Source: an uncultured delta proteobacterium
Lineage (GTDB): Bacteria > Desulfobacterota > RBG-13-43-22
NCBI GenBank assembly: GCA_963711835.1
Contig: CAVQFQ010000005.1
Location: forward strand, 128,001 to 192,000
DNA: 64,000 nt
Direction: 5' to 3'
In this document: positions 1 through 9,454 of the stretch, piece by piece
Layout of the letters: each line of letters begins with the position of its first letter
Numbering within the stretch: position 1 is the stretch's first letter
The notes under the pieces: generated by a model
Databases searched by the model: none
Told to the model about the DNA's origin: nothing
What the model saw: the letters and a program-made list of their open reading frames with translations, nothing else
Position numbers and translations under genes: made by a program

Positions 1-1528
1 GATATCGCTGCCGCCATGGCCGGCTTCCCCTACAGCCTTCCCCAACCCAAAGTCAGGAGAATCCGGGTAACCGGGGAATTGAGGCGGCCCTGGGTCACGG
101 CCATGGACGTAGGTCTGGAGATGCTCCGGCGCCTGACTGTTCGTGGCGGCCTGGGTTGGATCATGGAATATGACGGACCGGGACTGAAGGATCTCAGCCT
201 TACGGAACGGGCGACCATCTGTAATTTAGGGGCCGAATTGGGGGCCACCTCTTCCCTCTTTCCCAGCGACCGCCTAACCCTTTCTTTTTTAAAGGCCCAG
301 GGTCGGGCCAAGGACTGGCGGAAACTCCAGGCCGATCCAGATGCCCGGTATGATGAACACCTGGAGCTCGACCTAAGCACTGTGGAGCCCCTGGTGGCCC
401 AACCTTTCAGTCCCGATCACGTGGTTCCCCTTAAAAAGCTTCAGGGTTTGAAGGTCGATCAGGTCTGTATCGGCAGTTGCTCCAACTCTTCCTATGCCAT
501 GCTTAAAACGGTGACCGAGTTATTAAAGGGTAATACGGTTGCACCCTCAACCAGTCTTTTGATCAACCCGGGATCACGCCAGGTGCTCCGGGAGCTGGCC
601 CGAAAAAATGACCTGGAAATTCTGATCGCTTCGGGGACCAGGATGCTGGAAGCGGCCTGCGGTCCCTGCATCGGTATGGGCGGGGCCCCCCCGGACGGAG
701 GGATCTCCTTCAGGACCTACAACCGGAATTTCAAGGGCAGAAGCGGGACACCGAATGCGCAGGTCTATTTGTGCAGTCCTGTCACCGCCGCACTGATGGC
801 CATCAAGGGCGAAGTGGTCGACCCCTTTCGCTCCCCTTTTAAACTGCCGAAACGCCTTCGGCCTTTTAAGGCTGAACATCCGGATCCCTTCATTCAGCCG
901 CCGCCCCGAAATCCCAACCAGGTCAAGGTCATCCGGGGTCCGAACATCAAACCCATACCTAAGCGAAAATCTCTAACCAATGCCTTTCAGGCCCGGGTCC
1001 TGATCAAGCTGGGAGACCATATCAGCACTGATGATATCCTGCCCGGCGGGGCTAAGATCCTGCCGCTCCGCTCCAATATCCCGGCCATCTCCCGCTACGC
1101 CTTCAGCAGGATCGATCCTTCCTTTTCGGAGCGGGCCCATAAAGGCCGGGATGGGATTGATCGTGGGCGGGGAAAATTACGGCCAGGGCTCATCCCGAGA
1201 GCATGCCGCCCTGGTGCCGATGGTTCTGGGTATTCAGGCCGTGCTGGCCAAATCCTTTGCCCGCATCCACCTGAGCAACCTGATCAATTATGGGATTGTA
1301 CCCCTGGTCTTCCAAGATCCGCAGGATTATGAGAAGTTGGCTTTGGAGGATACCCTCGAATTTACCGGTCTGCGCCAGAGTCTGCGGAAAGGGGTGGAGA
1401 TCAAGGCCTTTAATCGTACGAAGATGAGGCACCTGCTTTTCAAGGCCCTTGTTCCAGGGGACAAAACGGCCATCCTTTTATCCGGTGGTTTATTGCCTTA
1501 CTTGAAAAATAATTTGGCTTCTAAATGA
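1..1528 (+). CDS. Aconitate hydratase (short AcnA/Aquifex-type), 5'-truncated by the window edge, with one frameshift near 1145-1160
   Basis: ORF 16-1332 has the Fe-S motifs IGSCSN and CGPCIGMG, RTYNRNF and DHISTDDI. ORF 1031-1528 continues the swivel domain (GENYGQGSSREHAA, AKSFARIH). The frame is open from base 1. Confidence 0.88.
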
Positions 1529-1619
1529 TCAGGTTAAAACAAAGCGTTAAGGGCGGGTTTAAGCCCATACTGCTGGCCATTCCAGAGAGTCCAAGACCTT
1601 CCCTACCTCATCCGAAAAC

Positions 1620-2573
1620 ATGGCTCAAATAACAATTCCCCACATACTCATCGGCCATGCCTCCTATCCGGACGGCCCTACGGGCTGTACGGTCATCCTC
1701 TGCCCTGAAGGTGCGGTGGCCGGACTGGATATTCGCGGTTCGGCCTCAAGCACCAGACAGACCGACTCCCTCTCCTCCCTTCACCGGGTATCCCAGATCC
1801 ACGGCCTTTGCCTATCCGGCGGCAGCGCCTTCGGCCTGGATGCCGCCGGTGGGGTCCTGCAATATTTGGAAGAAAAAAATATCGGGTTTGACGTGACGGT
1901 AACCAGGGTCCCGATCGTCCCTTCAGCCATCCTTTTTGACCTGGCCTTCGGCAATCCCGCCGTGCGTCCGGACAAGGCCCTGGGTTATCAGGCCTGCCTG
2001 AATGCCTCTGCGGAAGCGGTTCCGGAGGGAAGCGTCGGGGCCGGTACAGGGGCCACAATAGGGAAACTGTTCAGCGTCACCCAGGCCACCAAAGGTGGAT
2101 TGGGTTATACCGAAATCCGGGCCCCAGAAGGCCTGATCGTGGCCGCCCTGGTAGTGGTGAATGCCTTCGGGGATGTGGTTGATTCAGATGGGAAGATTCT
2201 TGCCGGGGCCCGCACCGGACCCAATGATCACACCTTCGCCGGCACCTGGGAGTGTATGAAGCAGGGAGTCCAGCCCAAACAGTTCGTGGTCCAGAACACC
2301 ACCCTGGGTGTTATTTTGACCAATGCCCAACTGGATAAAACCGATGCCCGGAAGCTCGCTCAGTTGGGCCAGAACGCCCTGGCCCGGGTTATTGCCCCTG
2401 TTCACAGCCTCTATGACGGCGACATCATTTTTGCCCTATCGGTCGGGCGGATCGAGGCCGGCCTAATGCAGGTGGGGATTCTGGCCCAGGAGGCCGTTCA
2501 GGAAGGGGTGATCCGGGCGGTGAAAGCCGCAGACGGCTTGGGCCGCCTGCCGGCCTGGAAGGATTTGCGTTAA
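1620..2573 (+). CDS. P1/S58 family peptidase (DmpA-like L-aminopeptidase/D-esterase)
   Basis: Motifs TGCTVIL, LSGGSAFGL, GSVGAGTGA, NTT and DGDIIFALS. Confidence 0.88.
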   Translation: MAQITIPHILIGHASYPDGPTGCTVILCPEGAVAGLDIRGSASSTRQTDSLSSLHRVSQIHGLCLSGGSAFGLDAAGGVLQYLEEKNIGFDVTVTRVPIVPSAILFDLAFGNPAVRPDKALGYQACLNASAEAVPEGSVGAGTGATIGKLFSVTQATKGGLGYTEIRAPEGLIVAALVVVNAFGDVVDSDGKILAGARTGPNDHTFAGTWECMKQGVQPKQFVVQNTTLGVILTNAQLDKTDARKLAQLGQNALARVIAPVHSLYDGDIIFALSVGRIEAGLMQVGILAQEAVQEGVIRAVKAADGLGRLPAWKDLR

Positions 2574-2592
2574 GAGAAAACGAACTAAGGGG

Positions 2593-2634
2593 ACGTTGGT
2601 GCAGGGATTGCATTGACAATTCCTGCACCAACGT
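2593..2634. repeat. Palindrome with 18-bp arms, preceded by GGGG
   Basis: ACGTTGGTGCAGGGATTG-CATTGA-CAATTCCTGCACCAACGT, one G.T mismatch. Confidence 0.85.
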
Positions 2635-2750
2635 TATATAGGCCTTAAACCTGAGAGTAGGCTCCCTTTCTTCTCGCTTGAAATAGTCGGCTGTTATGGT
2701 AGGGTTCCGGTTATTAATAAACTCATAAACGGCAAGCCAAAAAGGAAAAT

Positions 2751-3545
2751 ATGGTGAAGAATCCTGTTGATTGGGAAGAGTCTTATGTTATTCGTTCCTA
2801 TGAGGTCGGTTTTCAAAACCGCCTGCGGTTGAGTACCCTGTTCAACATGATGCAAGAAACGGCTTCCAATCATGTCACCCGGTGTGGGGTCGGGCTAAAA
2901 GAATTAAAGACCCGGAACGAGGTCTGGGTGCTTTCCCGACTAATGATTGCCATGGATTTTTATCCGGGTTGGGGTGATGAAATAAGGGTTAAAACGTGGC
3001 CCAGAGGATTCGATCGTCTATTCGCCCTCCGCGAATTTCAAATAAGCAGTTCTCAAGGGAAAGTCCTGGGCCGGGCCACTTCCAACTGGCTGCTGTTGGA
3101 CCTGTCCACCCGAAGACCGAAAAGACTGGAAACCGTTTTTAAACAAATGGCGGTTGCGCCCGAGCAACGGGCCTTGGATCGAAAATTGGGAAAACTTTCG
3201 CGCTTGGCCGATCCCCAAGAGGAAAAAATAGTTGAAGCGGCTTATGGGCAGATCGATTTAAACCAGCATGTCAACAATGCTCAATACATCGGGTGGATTG
3301 AGGATGTTTTCCCTTTTTCCGTTTACCGGGATCGGCATCTTTCCCTTCTGCAGATCAACTTTCTGGCCGAAACTCGGTTCGGCGAAAAAATTAGCCTCTG
3401 CCAAAAGAAGATCGAAGAAAAGGAGGCCTTGATCTATGGCCTAGAGGGGCAAAAAAACGGCGGGCAGACCTTGGCCTTTCAGGCCCGGCTGGAATGGTCC
3501 AAGACACCCATATCGTTCTCATCCGGAAAAAATTTTTTCGGCTGA
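2751..3545 (+). CDS. Acyl-ACP thioesterase (FatA-like, double hot-dog fold)
   Basis: IRSYEV, MQETASNH, WVLSRL, VKTWP and catalytic DLNQHVNNAQY. Confidence 0.9.
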   Translation: MVKNPVDWEESYVIRSYEVGFQNRLRLSTLFNMMQETASNHVTRCGVGLKELKTRNEVWVLSRLMIAMDFYPGWGDEIRVKTWPRGFDRLFALREFQISSSQGKVLGRATSNWLLLDLSTRRPKRLETVFKQMAVAPEQRALDRKLGKLSRLADPQEEKIVEAAYGQIDLNQHVNNAQYIGWIEDVFPFSVYRDRHLSLLQINFLAETRFGEKISLCQKKIEEKEALIYGLEGQKNGGQTLAFQARLEWSKTPISFSSGKNFFG

Positions 3546-3591
3546 GAGCTATCAGCGATCGGCACCCTGACTCGCCATGTCCCGGCTTGTT

Positions 3592-5136
3592 TTATTTCTT
3601 TCGAGAACGCCCTCGGCCTTTTCTTTCCGGACGGCCTTCTCGACCTCCCCGTCCGGGTCCGGCCCCAGGTCTGGAAGGCTCGGTCAGGGGTGGTTGGGGC
3701 GGCCGGGTCTGGAGCGTCTTCTGGTAATAATCGTCCAGCAGCATGGCGATCAAAGCCAGCTCGTCTTCGCCTTGTTCCAGACTCCGGGCCAGGGGGATAA
3801 ACCGTTTCATCCGTTCGGCCTGCAGGCTGTCATGGGAGCGCAGATCCGCCTCCAGCAATGCGGTAACCCGTTGTGAGACGATGGCTTCCACATCGACATC
3901 ACCGGGCAGGGGCCGCTCCTGGAGCTCAATGCCGAACCGTTTGGAAATCTGCTTCAACCTGATTTCCTCCAGAGGGGTGACCAAAGCCAGGGCAATCCCG
4001 CTGGCGCCGACCCGGCCGGTGCGCCCGACACGATGGATATAGATCTCCGGGTCCTCAGGCGGTTCGTACTGGATGACATGGGACAGGTCCGGAATATCAA
4101 TGCCTCTGGCCGCCACGTCGGTCGCTACCATTAAACGCAGATCGCCCTTCCGAACCTGAGCCATGACCTTTTCCCTGGCCGCCTGAGACAGGTCCGAGCT
4201 CAACTCATCGGCGTCGTACCCGAAACGCTGCAGGACCACCGTCAGGTAATGAACCATGCTTTTGGTATTGCAGAAAATAATAGCCGAGACCGGGTTCTCG
4301 ACCTCGATGATTCGGATCAGGGCCCGATCCTTCTCCATGCCCGAGGTCACATAGTAAAAGTGCTCCGTCCCGGCCACATGGATCTGGTCCTGGCTGAGGC
4401 TGAGGAATTCGGGCTCGCGAAGAAATTCTTTGGCCAGGCGCAGCACAAAGGACGGAATGGTGGCCGAAAGCATATAACCGTTGATGCGCTTTGAAGGCAG
4501 GTATTCCTGTACCTGCTGCATGTCCGGATAAAAACCCATGGAAAGCAGGCGATCGGCTTCATCAAAGACCAGGACCTCCAGTTGCTTCAACGACAGGGAG
4601 CGTTTCAACAGATGATCCAGAACCCGGCCCGGGGTTCCAATAACCAGTTGAACCCCTTTCTGAAAGGCCTCCAATTGGGGGCCGTAGCCCACGCCGCCGT
4701 AAACGGCAATGGATTGTACCCCCAGGGCTTCACCCAACATTTCCGCTTCCTTGGCCACCTGCTGGGCCAATTCACGGGTGGGCACTAAGACCAGGGCCTG
4801 ACAGGCCGCTTGGCCTGGAACGATCCGGTTCAGGATAGGCAGAAGATAGGCCCCGGTCTTGCCGCTTCCGGTCTGGGACTGGATCATCAAATCCCTCCGG
4901 GCTTGGAAATAGGGAATAGCCTTGGCCTGGACCGGCAATAGCCGGTCCCAACCCGCCTTGGCTGCTGCCTGCCGCAGCCCCTCCGGCAGTTCCTCTAAGG
5001 TGATCTCCGGCAGGGCATTTTCCGGCTCGACCACCTGATTGCCCGGGATATCCGGGGAGCCCTGTTCCCCAACCGAAACTTCTAAGAGGTCTTGGCCGTC
5101 TGATTGATCATCTTTTTTAGAATTATCGTCTCTCAT
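3592..5136 (-). CDS. DEAD-box ATP-dependent RNA helicase
   Basis: QTGSGKT, PTRELA, TPGR, DEAD, SAT, ARGID and HRVGRTGR motifs. Confidence 0.95.
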   Translation of the reverse strand: MRDDNSKKDDQSDGQDLLEVSVGEQGSPDIPGNQVVEPENALPEITLEELPEGLRQAAAKAGWDRLLPVQAKAIPYFQARRDLMIQSQTGSGKTGAYLLPILNRIVPGQAACQALVLVPTRELAQQVAKEAEMLGEALGVQSIAVYGGVGYGPQLEAFQKGVQLVIGTPGRVLDHLLKRSLSLKQLEVLVFDEADRLLSMGFYPDMQQVQEYLPSKRINGYMLSATIPSFVLRLAKEFLREPEFLSLSQDQIHVAGTEHFYYVTSGMEKDRALIRIIEVENPVSAIIFCNTKSMVHYLTVVLQRFGYDADELSSDLSQAAREKVMAQVRKGDLRLMVATDVAARGIDIPDLSHVIQYEPPEDPEIYIHRVGRTGRVGASGIALALVTPLEEIRLKQISKRFGIELQERPLPGDVDVEAIVSQRVTALLEADLRSHDSLQAERMKRFIPLARSLEQGEDELALIAMLLDDYYQKTLQTRPPQPPLTEPSRPGAGPGRGGREGRPERKGRGRSRKK

Positions 5137-5343
5137 TATCCGGTTAAACGTTCCTTTCTGCTTTTCTTATTTTTTAAAAAAGTAAATCCGGGGAGGTCCC
5201 CCTTATAGGAGAACCCCAGCCCCTCAACTTTTGAGCGTTATTGAAAATTAATGAGCATTTGGCCGAGATCTTTACCGACATCCTTGGAGTCGTCATCAAG
5301 AAATTTTTCAAACAGGTTTAAAAAAATTGTCTTATACCGGACG

Positions 5344-5371
5344 AGCATAGTATAACCGTTTAATTTGTCAA
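5344..5371 (-). promoter_or_regulatory. Candidate sigma70 promoter for the DEAD-box helicase
   Basis: Minus strand TTGACA-16nt-TATGCT. Confidence 0.45.
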
Positions 5372-5424
5372 GCAAATTATAGAATGACCCCTAAGGTCAA
5401 CAAGACCTCCCTTTTGGATCGGGC

Positions 5425-5454
5425 TTGACAGGAGCGGCCCCGATACACTAAGAT
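5425..5454 (+). promoter_or_regulatory. Candidate sigma70 promoter for the small basic ORF
   Basis: TTGACA-18nt-TAAGAT. Confidence 0.4.
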
Positions 5455-5489
5455 AGGCCTAATACCTGATAATAAAGGGGGGGTGTGTT

Positions 5490-5609
5490 TTGGGCAGGCA
5501 TAAAAAAATCGAACGTACCAGGGAAATAGAACGGAGACGCCGGAGGAGAGAAAAACGGAAAAAGATGGAAGCCAAGACGGCCAAACAAGCCGCCATTCCA
5601 ACCAGTTAG
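5490..5609 (+). CDS. Small Arg/Lys-rich protein, 39 aa (DUF6800-like), not in the ORF track
   Basis: TTG start after a G-rich SD. Translates as MGRHKKIERTREIERRRRRREKRKKMEAKTAKQAAIPTS. The family resemblance is from memory. Confidence 0.6.
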   Translation: MGRHKKIERTREIERRRRRREKRKKMEAKTAKQAAIPTS

Positions 5610-5655
5610 CCTACCGAGTTCAAATCCAGGACCTACCGGAAGGATTTCATCCCTA

Positions 5656-6621
5656 TTAAATCTCCGAGGGTTGGGTTTGCCGTATCCTTTGGGAGAATGA
5701 TTTTTCCAGGGTTTTTACCAGCAGGGTCAGGACCGTATTGACGGGCACGGGGATTTTTCTTTTCCGGCCTTCCCGGACAATGACGCCGTTGATAAAATCG
5801 ATCTCCGTCCTCTTCTCCTTCAAGATATCCTGAAGCATAGAGGAAATATTGGACCGGGTCATTTGACAGACCTTTTTGACCCTTTCCAGCGGGTCGGGAT
5901 AAGTAAAGGCAACTGCCTTGGCCCGGCCCACTTCGATGGCCTCCCGGACCGCTTCTTCGAGGATTTCTTCGGTTTCCAAATAATCCAAAAGAGCCCCGTT
6001 GGGCAGGTGAGTCAGGGCGGTGAGGGCATTGATGCCCACATTGACCAGCAATTTGGTCCAGATTAAATTCTCGATCTGTCCGACGATCTGGGTCTTAAAA
6101 CCGGCAGCCTCCAGGATCCGGCTGATTGCGAAAAGATCCTCCTCTTTTTTCGTCTGGCCCTTCTTCCCGGGAAAAGCATAGCCGATAAAGGTGTCCCCTT
6201 CCCCGGCATGGCGGATGCGCCCTGGTCCCAACAAGGTGGCCCCATGTGAGGTAATCCCGGCCAGGATATTTGCCCTGGAGAGATATTCCTCTAAAATCTC
6301 CACATTCCCCACCCCGTTTTGCAGGGTCAACCATAAAGGACCGGAGCCTAAACTGCCGATGTTTTCAACCACCGTTCGCGTATCGTAGGCCTTAACACAC
6401 AGGACGATCAATTGGGACCCGGACAACTTTTCCGGCTCCAGGGTGGCGGGGACCTTCATCCGCACCGACCCCCGGATCCCCTCTATTTTCAATCCTTTTC
6501 GGTTGATAAAGGCGGCCCGTTCGGCCTGGTGGTCCAAAAGGATGACCTCCTGGCCGGCCTTGGCCAGGTAGGCGGCCAGAAGGCAGCCCATAGCGCCGGG
6601 TCCGATGATTCCGATCTTCAC
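5656..6621 (-). CDS. panE: 2-dehydropantoate 2-reductase
   Basis: GPGAMG, LCVKAYD, LQNG, WTKLLVN, SSMLQD and TEIDFING. Directly follows panB. Confidence 0.95.
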   Translation of the reverse strand: MKIGIIGPGAMGCLLAAYLAKAGQEVILLDHQAERAAFINRKGLKIEGIRGSVRMKVPATLEPEKLSGSQLIVLCVKAYDTRTVVENIGSLGSGPLWLTLQNGVGNVEILEEYLSRANILAGITSHGATLLGPGRIRHAGEGDTFIGYAFPGKKGQTKKEEDLFAISRILEAAGFKTQIVGQIENLIWTKLLVNVGINALTALTHLPNGALLDYLETEEILEEAVREAIEVGRAKAVAFTYPDPLERVKKVCQMTRSNISSMLQDILKEKRTEIDFINGVIVREGRKRKIPVPVNTVLTLLVKTLEKSFSQRIRQTQPSEI

Positions 6622-7478
6622 TTGCTTGGCCCTTTCTTTCCGACCCGCAGCTTCTTCAGGTCCTGAGCAGCCATGCCGAAGGAGTAAGCCGGGGAAGGGA
6701 AGGTCCCGGCCTCAACTTCCGTCTTGTAAGCCCCCAAGGCTTCCCGGATAAGGGGATACAATTGGACATATTGTTTTACAAACTTAGGCAGAAACTTCTC
6801 AAACAATCCCAGAAGATCATTGGTGACCAGGACCTGGCCGTCGCATTCGTTCCCGGCCCCGATCCCGATAGTGGGAACGCGCAGGGAGCGGCTGATCAAT
6901 CCGGCCAGCTTGTCGGGGATACACTCCATGACAATGGCGCACGTCCCGGCCTCTTCCAGGGCCAGGGCCGCATCCAGAAGGCGCTGGGCCGAGGCCGTAT
7001 CTTTTCCCTGGACCTTGAAACCGCCCAGCATGGTGACTGTTTGCGGGGTTAACCCGATATGAGCCACCACCGGGATACCGGCCGCCACGATGGCCCGGAG
7101 GGTCTCCACGACTTCCAGCCCTCCTTCCAATTTTACGGCGTCACAGCCGGCCTCTTTCATAAACCGTCCGGCGTTCCGGATGGCCTCTTCCCGATTGATA
7201 TTATAGGACATGAAAGGCATATCCCCTACCAGAAAGGCGTAGCGGGTTCCCCGGCGGACCGCCCGGCAGTGGTGGATCATCTCCTCCATGGTTACCGGAA
7301 CGGTCGAGTCATAGCCCAGCACCACCATGCCCAGGGAATCCCCGACCAGGATCATGTCCAAGCCGGCCTGGTCGATAAAGGAAGCCATGGCCCAATCGTA
7401 GGCGGTCAGCATGGTGATTTTTTGGCCGGCCTTTTTTTTGGCCCACAAATCAGGAATGGACATTTTTTTTCGTTCCAT
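6618..7478 (-). CDS. panB: 3-methyl-2-oxobutanoate hydroxymethyltransferase
   Basis: MLTAYD, LVGDSLGM, VKLEGG and HIGLTPQ. Confidence 0.97.
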   Translation of the reverse strand: MERKKMSIPDLWAKKKAGQKITMLTAYDWAMASFIDQAGLDMILVGDSLGMVVLGYDSTVPVTMEEMIHHCRAVRRGTRYAFLVGDMPFMSYNINREEAIRNAGRFMKEAGCDAVKLEGGLEVVETLRAIVAAGIPVVAHIGLTPQTVTMLGGFKVQGKDTASAQRLLDAALALEEAGTCAIVMECIPDKLAGLISRSLRVPTIGIGAGNECDGQVLVTNDLLGLFEKFLPKFVKQYVQLYPLIREALGAYKTEVEAGTFPSPAYSFGMAAQDLKKLRVGKKGPSK

Positions 7479-7490
7479 GGGTGCCTCCTT

Positions 7491-7523
7491 AAAAAAGAAA
7501 AACCCCTGCAGCAGCCCCAGGGG
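7491..7523 (-). terminator. Intrinsic terminator in the panB leader
   Basis: Minus strand CCCCTG-GGGCTGCTG-CAGGGG-TTTTTCTTTTTT just before the SD AAGGAGG. Confidence 0.8.
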
Positions 7524-7545
7524 TGGTTAAGAGTCTATTAATTTT

Positions 7546-7576
7546 CCGTCCCAGTCCATCTGCCGGATCCAAGCGG
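7546..7576 (-). ncRNA. pan RNA motif (cis-regulatory hairpin)
   Basis: Minus strand CCGCTTGGATCCGGCAGATGGACTGGGACGG, a bulged-A hairpin upstream of panB that matches my recollection of the pan motif. Confidence 0.75.
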
Positions 7577-7641
7577 ATTCCTTTGTAACAAGCCCGGAAA
7601 AATCGAGCTAACGAGGTTCCGAGTTTATTTGATTCAGCAAG

Positions 7642-8532
7642 TTAATTCCCGGCAGCGATCTTGGCCGCCTTGACCGTATTTTTCATCAGCATGGTAATGG
7701 TCATGGGGCCTACGCCGCCCGGCACCGGGGTGATCAGCCCGGCCTTTTCCTTTACCGTTTCAAAATCCACGTCCCCGGCCAGGATGGCCTTGCCCGAATC
7801 GCTCATCCCGATCCGGTTGACGCCCACATCGATCACCGTTGCGCCTTCTTTAACCCAATCCGCTTTGACGTACTTGGCCACGCCCGCGGCCACAACCAGG
7901 ATATCGGCCCGGCGGCAATGTTCAATGATTTTTTCGGGCGGGGTCCCGGTATGGACGATGGTAACGGTCGCATTGGCCCCTTCCTTCTTCTGGAGCATGA
8001 TATTGGCAATCGGCTTTCCGACGATATTGGAACGGCCGACCACGACCAATTCGGCCCCTTTGGTCTTAACGCCGGACCGAACCAGGAGTTCCTGGATCCC
8101 GGCCGGGGTACAAGGAAGATAATCGGCTTCCCCGATCATGAGCTTCCCGACATTGACCGGGTGAAACCCGTCCACGTCCTTTTTGGGGTCAATGGCGAAG
8201 AGGACCTTGGTTTCGTTGATATGTTTGGGAAGGGGCAACTGAACCAGGATGCCGTGGATTTTAGGGTCCTGGTTGTATTGGTTGATGAGGGCCAGGAGGG
8301 CCTCTTCATTAATATCAGCCGGCTGATTGTCTTGAATGGAAAAGAACCCCAATTCCTTGGCGGTCTTCCCTTTGGCGGTCACATAACTGACCGAGGCCGG
8401 GTTTTCCCCGACCAGAATCGTTACCAGGCCCGGGACGACACCGTATTGGGCCTTCAGCTTATCGACTTCCTGTTTCAGTTCTTCGCGGATTTGTTTGGCC
8501 ACTTCAACGCCGCTGATGATTTTCGCAGCCAT
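7642..8532 (-). CDS. folD: Bifunctional methylene-THF dehydrogenase/cyclohydrolase
   Basis: GILVQLPLP, KDVDG, PCTP, GRSNIVGKP and ITPVPGGVGPMT. Confidence 0.97.
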   Translation of the reverse strand: MAAKIISGVEVAKQIREELKQEVDKLKAQYGVVPGLVTILVGENPASVSYVTAKGKTAKELGFFSIQDNQPADINEEALLALINQYNQDPKIHGILVQLPLPKHINETKVLFAIDPKKDVDGFHPVNVGKLMIGEADYLPCTPAGIQELLVRSGVKTKGAELVVVGRSNIVGKPIANIMLQKKEGANATVTIVHTGTPPEKIIEHCRRADILVVAAGVAKYVKADWVKEGATVIDVGVNRIGMSDSGKAILAGDVDFETVKEKAGLITPVPGGVGPMTITMLMKNTVKAAKIAAGN

Positions 8533-8592
8533 GCCTTTCTCCTTTCAAAAAATTTATTTTTGACAACCTCGCCAAAAGTCCTCAGGGCTGTC

Positions 8593-8894
8593 TTATTAAG
8601 GGTCTCAAAATAATAGTGACCAACAGGGACCGGGGGGTCTTCTTTTCTGGGGTTGTCCAAAGGGTAACTCATCGCCCTATCCCGGCCCGGACGGCTAAAG
8701 GGGTTAGGTGCAGGGCATTCACTCAAGTCCGTTTCGGGCATTAGTGTAGGCCTGTCTCTGAATGTGATCCCGAATTTGGCCCGGCAAAGAAGCATTGGGC
8801 TTGAAGGTGGACAACCCAGAAAAGAAGACCCCCCGGTCCCATTTAAGTCAAGCTCCTCAATTTCATGTCAAGACTATTATGAGACCCTTAATAA
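8593..8894. mobile_element. MITE A (filled copy) containing element B1
   Basis: Ends TTATTAAGGGTCTCAAAATA / TATTATGAGACCCTTAATAA. An empty 92-bp homolog lies at 19566-19657. Confidence 0.85.
8626..8840. repeat. Element B copy 1 (215 bp, long terminal inverted repeat)
   Basis: GGGACCGGGGGGTCTTCTTTTCTGGGGTTGTCCA ... TGGACAACCCAGAAAAGAAGACCCCCCGGTCCC. Core motifs are shared with the copies at 42297, 50420 and 51929. Confidence 0.92.
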
Positions 8895-9087
8895 AAAGAT
8901 CGTCGTAAGTACTCTTTTAATTATCAAAGAAAGCCGAAGGGAGTCAATATAAAAGTTGGCCGAATAAAAATCATCCTTTCATAGCCAAGGGAAACCCCCC
9001 AAATGGACTGGAGGACCCCGGACTCAGGTCGAAAAAAATGAAAAATAGGATTTACACCGACAATCGGCTATGCTATTTATTAGGACC

Positions 9088-9426
9088 ATGCGGATACTTC
9101 TCCTGAAATGGGTAATCAATGCCCTGGCCCTGATGGCCGCCTCCTATCTGGTCAAGGGGATTGATGTAGCCGGTCCGGGAAGTCTCATCCTGGCCGCAGC
9201 CTTGCTGGGCATCCTTAATGCCCTGGTCCGGCCCATCTTGATCCTCCTGACACTCCCCATCAACCTCATTACCTTAGGGCTCTTTACCCTGGTCATTAAT
9301 GGTTTCATGCTCTGGATGGTCTCGCTCTTGGTTAAGGGATTCATCCTTCACGGGTTTGGGCCGGCCTTCTGGGGGGCCTTGATCATCAGCCTGGTAAGCT
9401 GGTTTTTGAACTGGTTAATCCATTAA
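9088..9426 (+). CDS. YvlD/'phage holin family' (PF04020-like) 4-TM membrane protein
   Basis: LNALVRPILILLTLPINLITLGLFTLVING. Start moved to ATG 9088, which follows SD AGGA. Confidence 0.88.
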   Translation: MRILLLKWVINALALMAASYLVKGIDVAGPGSLILAAALLGILNALVRPILILLTLPINLITLGLFTLVINGFMLWMVSLLVKGFILHGFGPAFWGALIISLVSWFLNWLIH

Positions 9427-9454
9427 AAGGCCTGTTGCGAAAGGATAACAACCT

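Noticed and set aside
1549-1570. AGGGCGGGTTTAAGCCCATAC as a GTAG-type REP
   Set aside because: Short, degenerate and single-copy in the window. It could be a weak terminator or chance.
5600-5640. GAGTTCAAATCC resembling a tRNA T-loop
   Set aside because: No acceptor, D or anticodon stems can be formed. I recognised no tRNA or rRNA in the window.
8475-8952. ORFs crossing element B (8475-8795, 8764-8952, 42404-42619, 50397-50642, 50434-50655) that share peptides such as PRKEDPPVP or LEIKTPEAL
   Set aside because: The shared peptides are just translations of the inverted repeats. Frames, starts and stops are not conserved between copies.
9088-9426. Holin-family name suggesting a prophage
   Set aside because: This membrane family is commonly chromosomal and there are no phage genes nearby.
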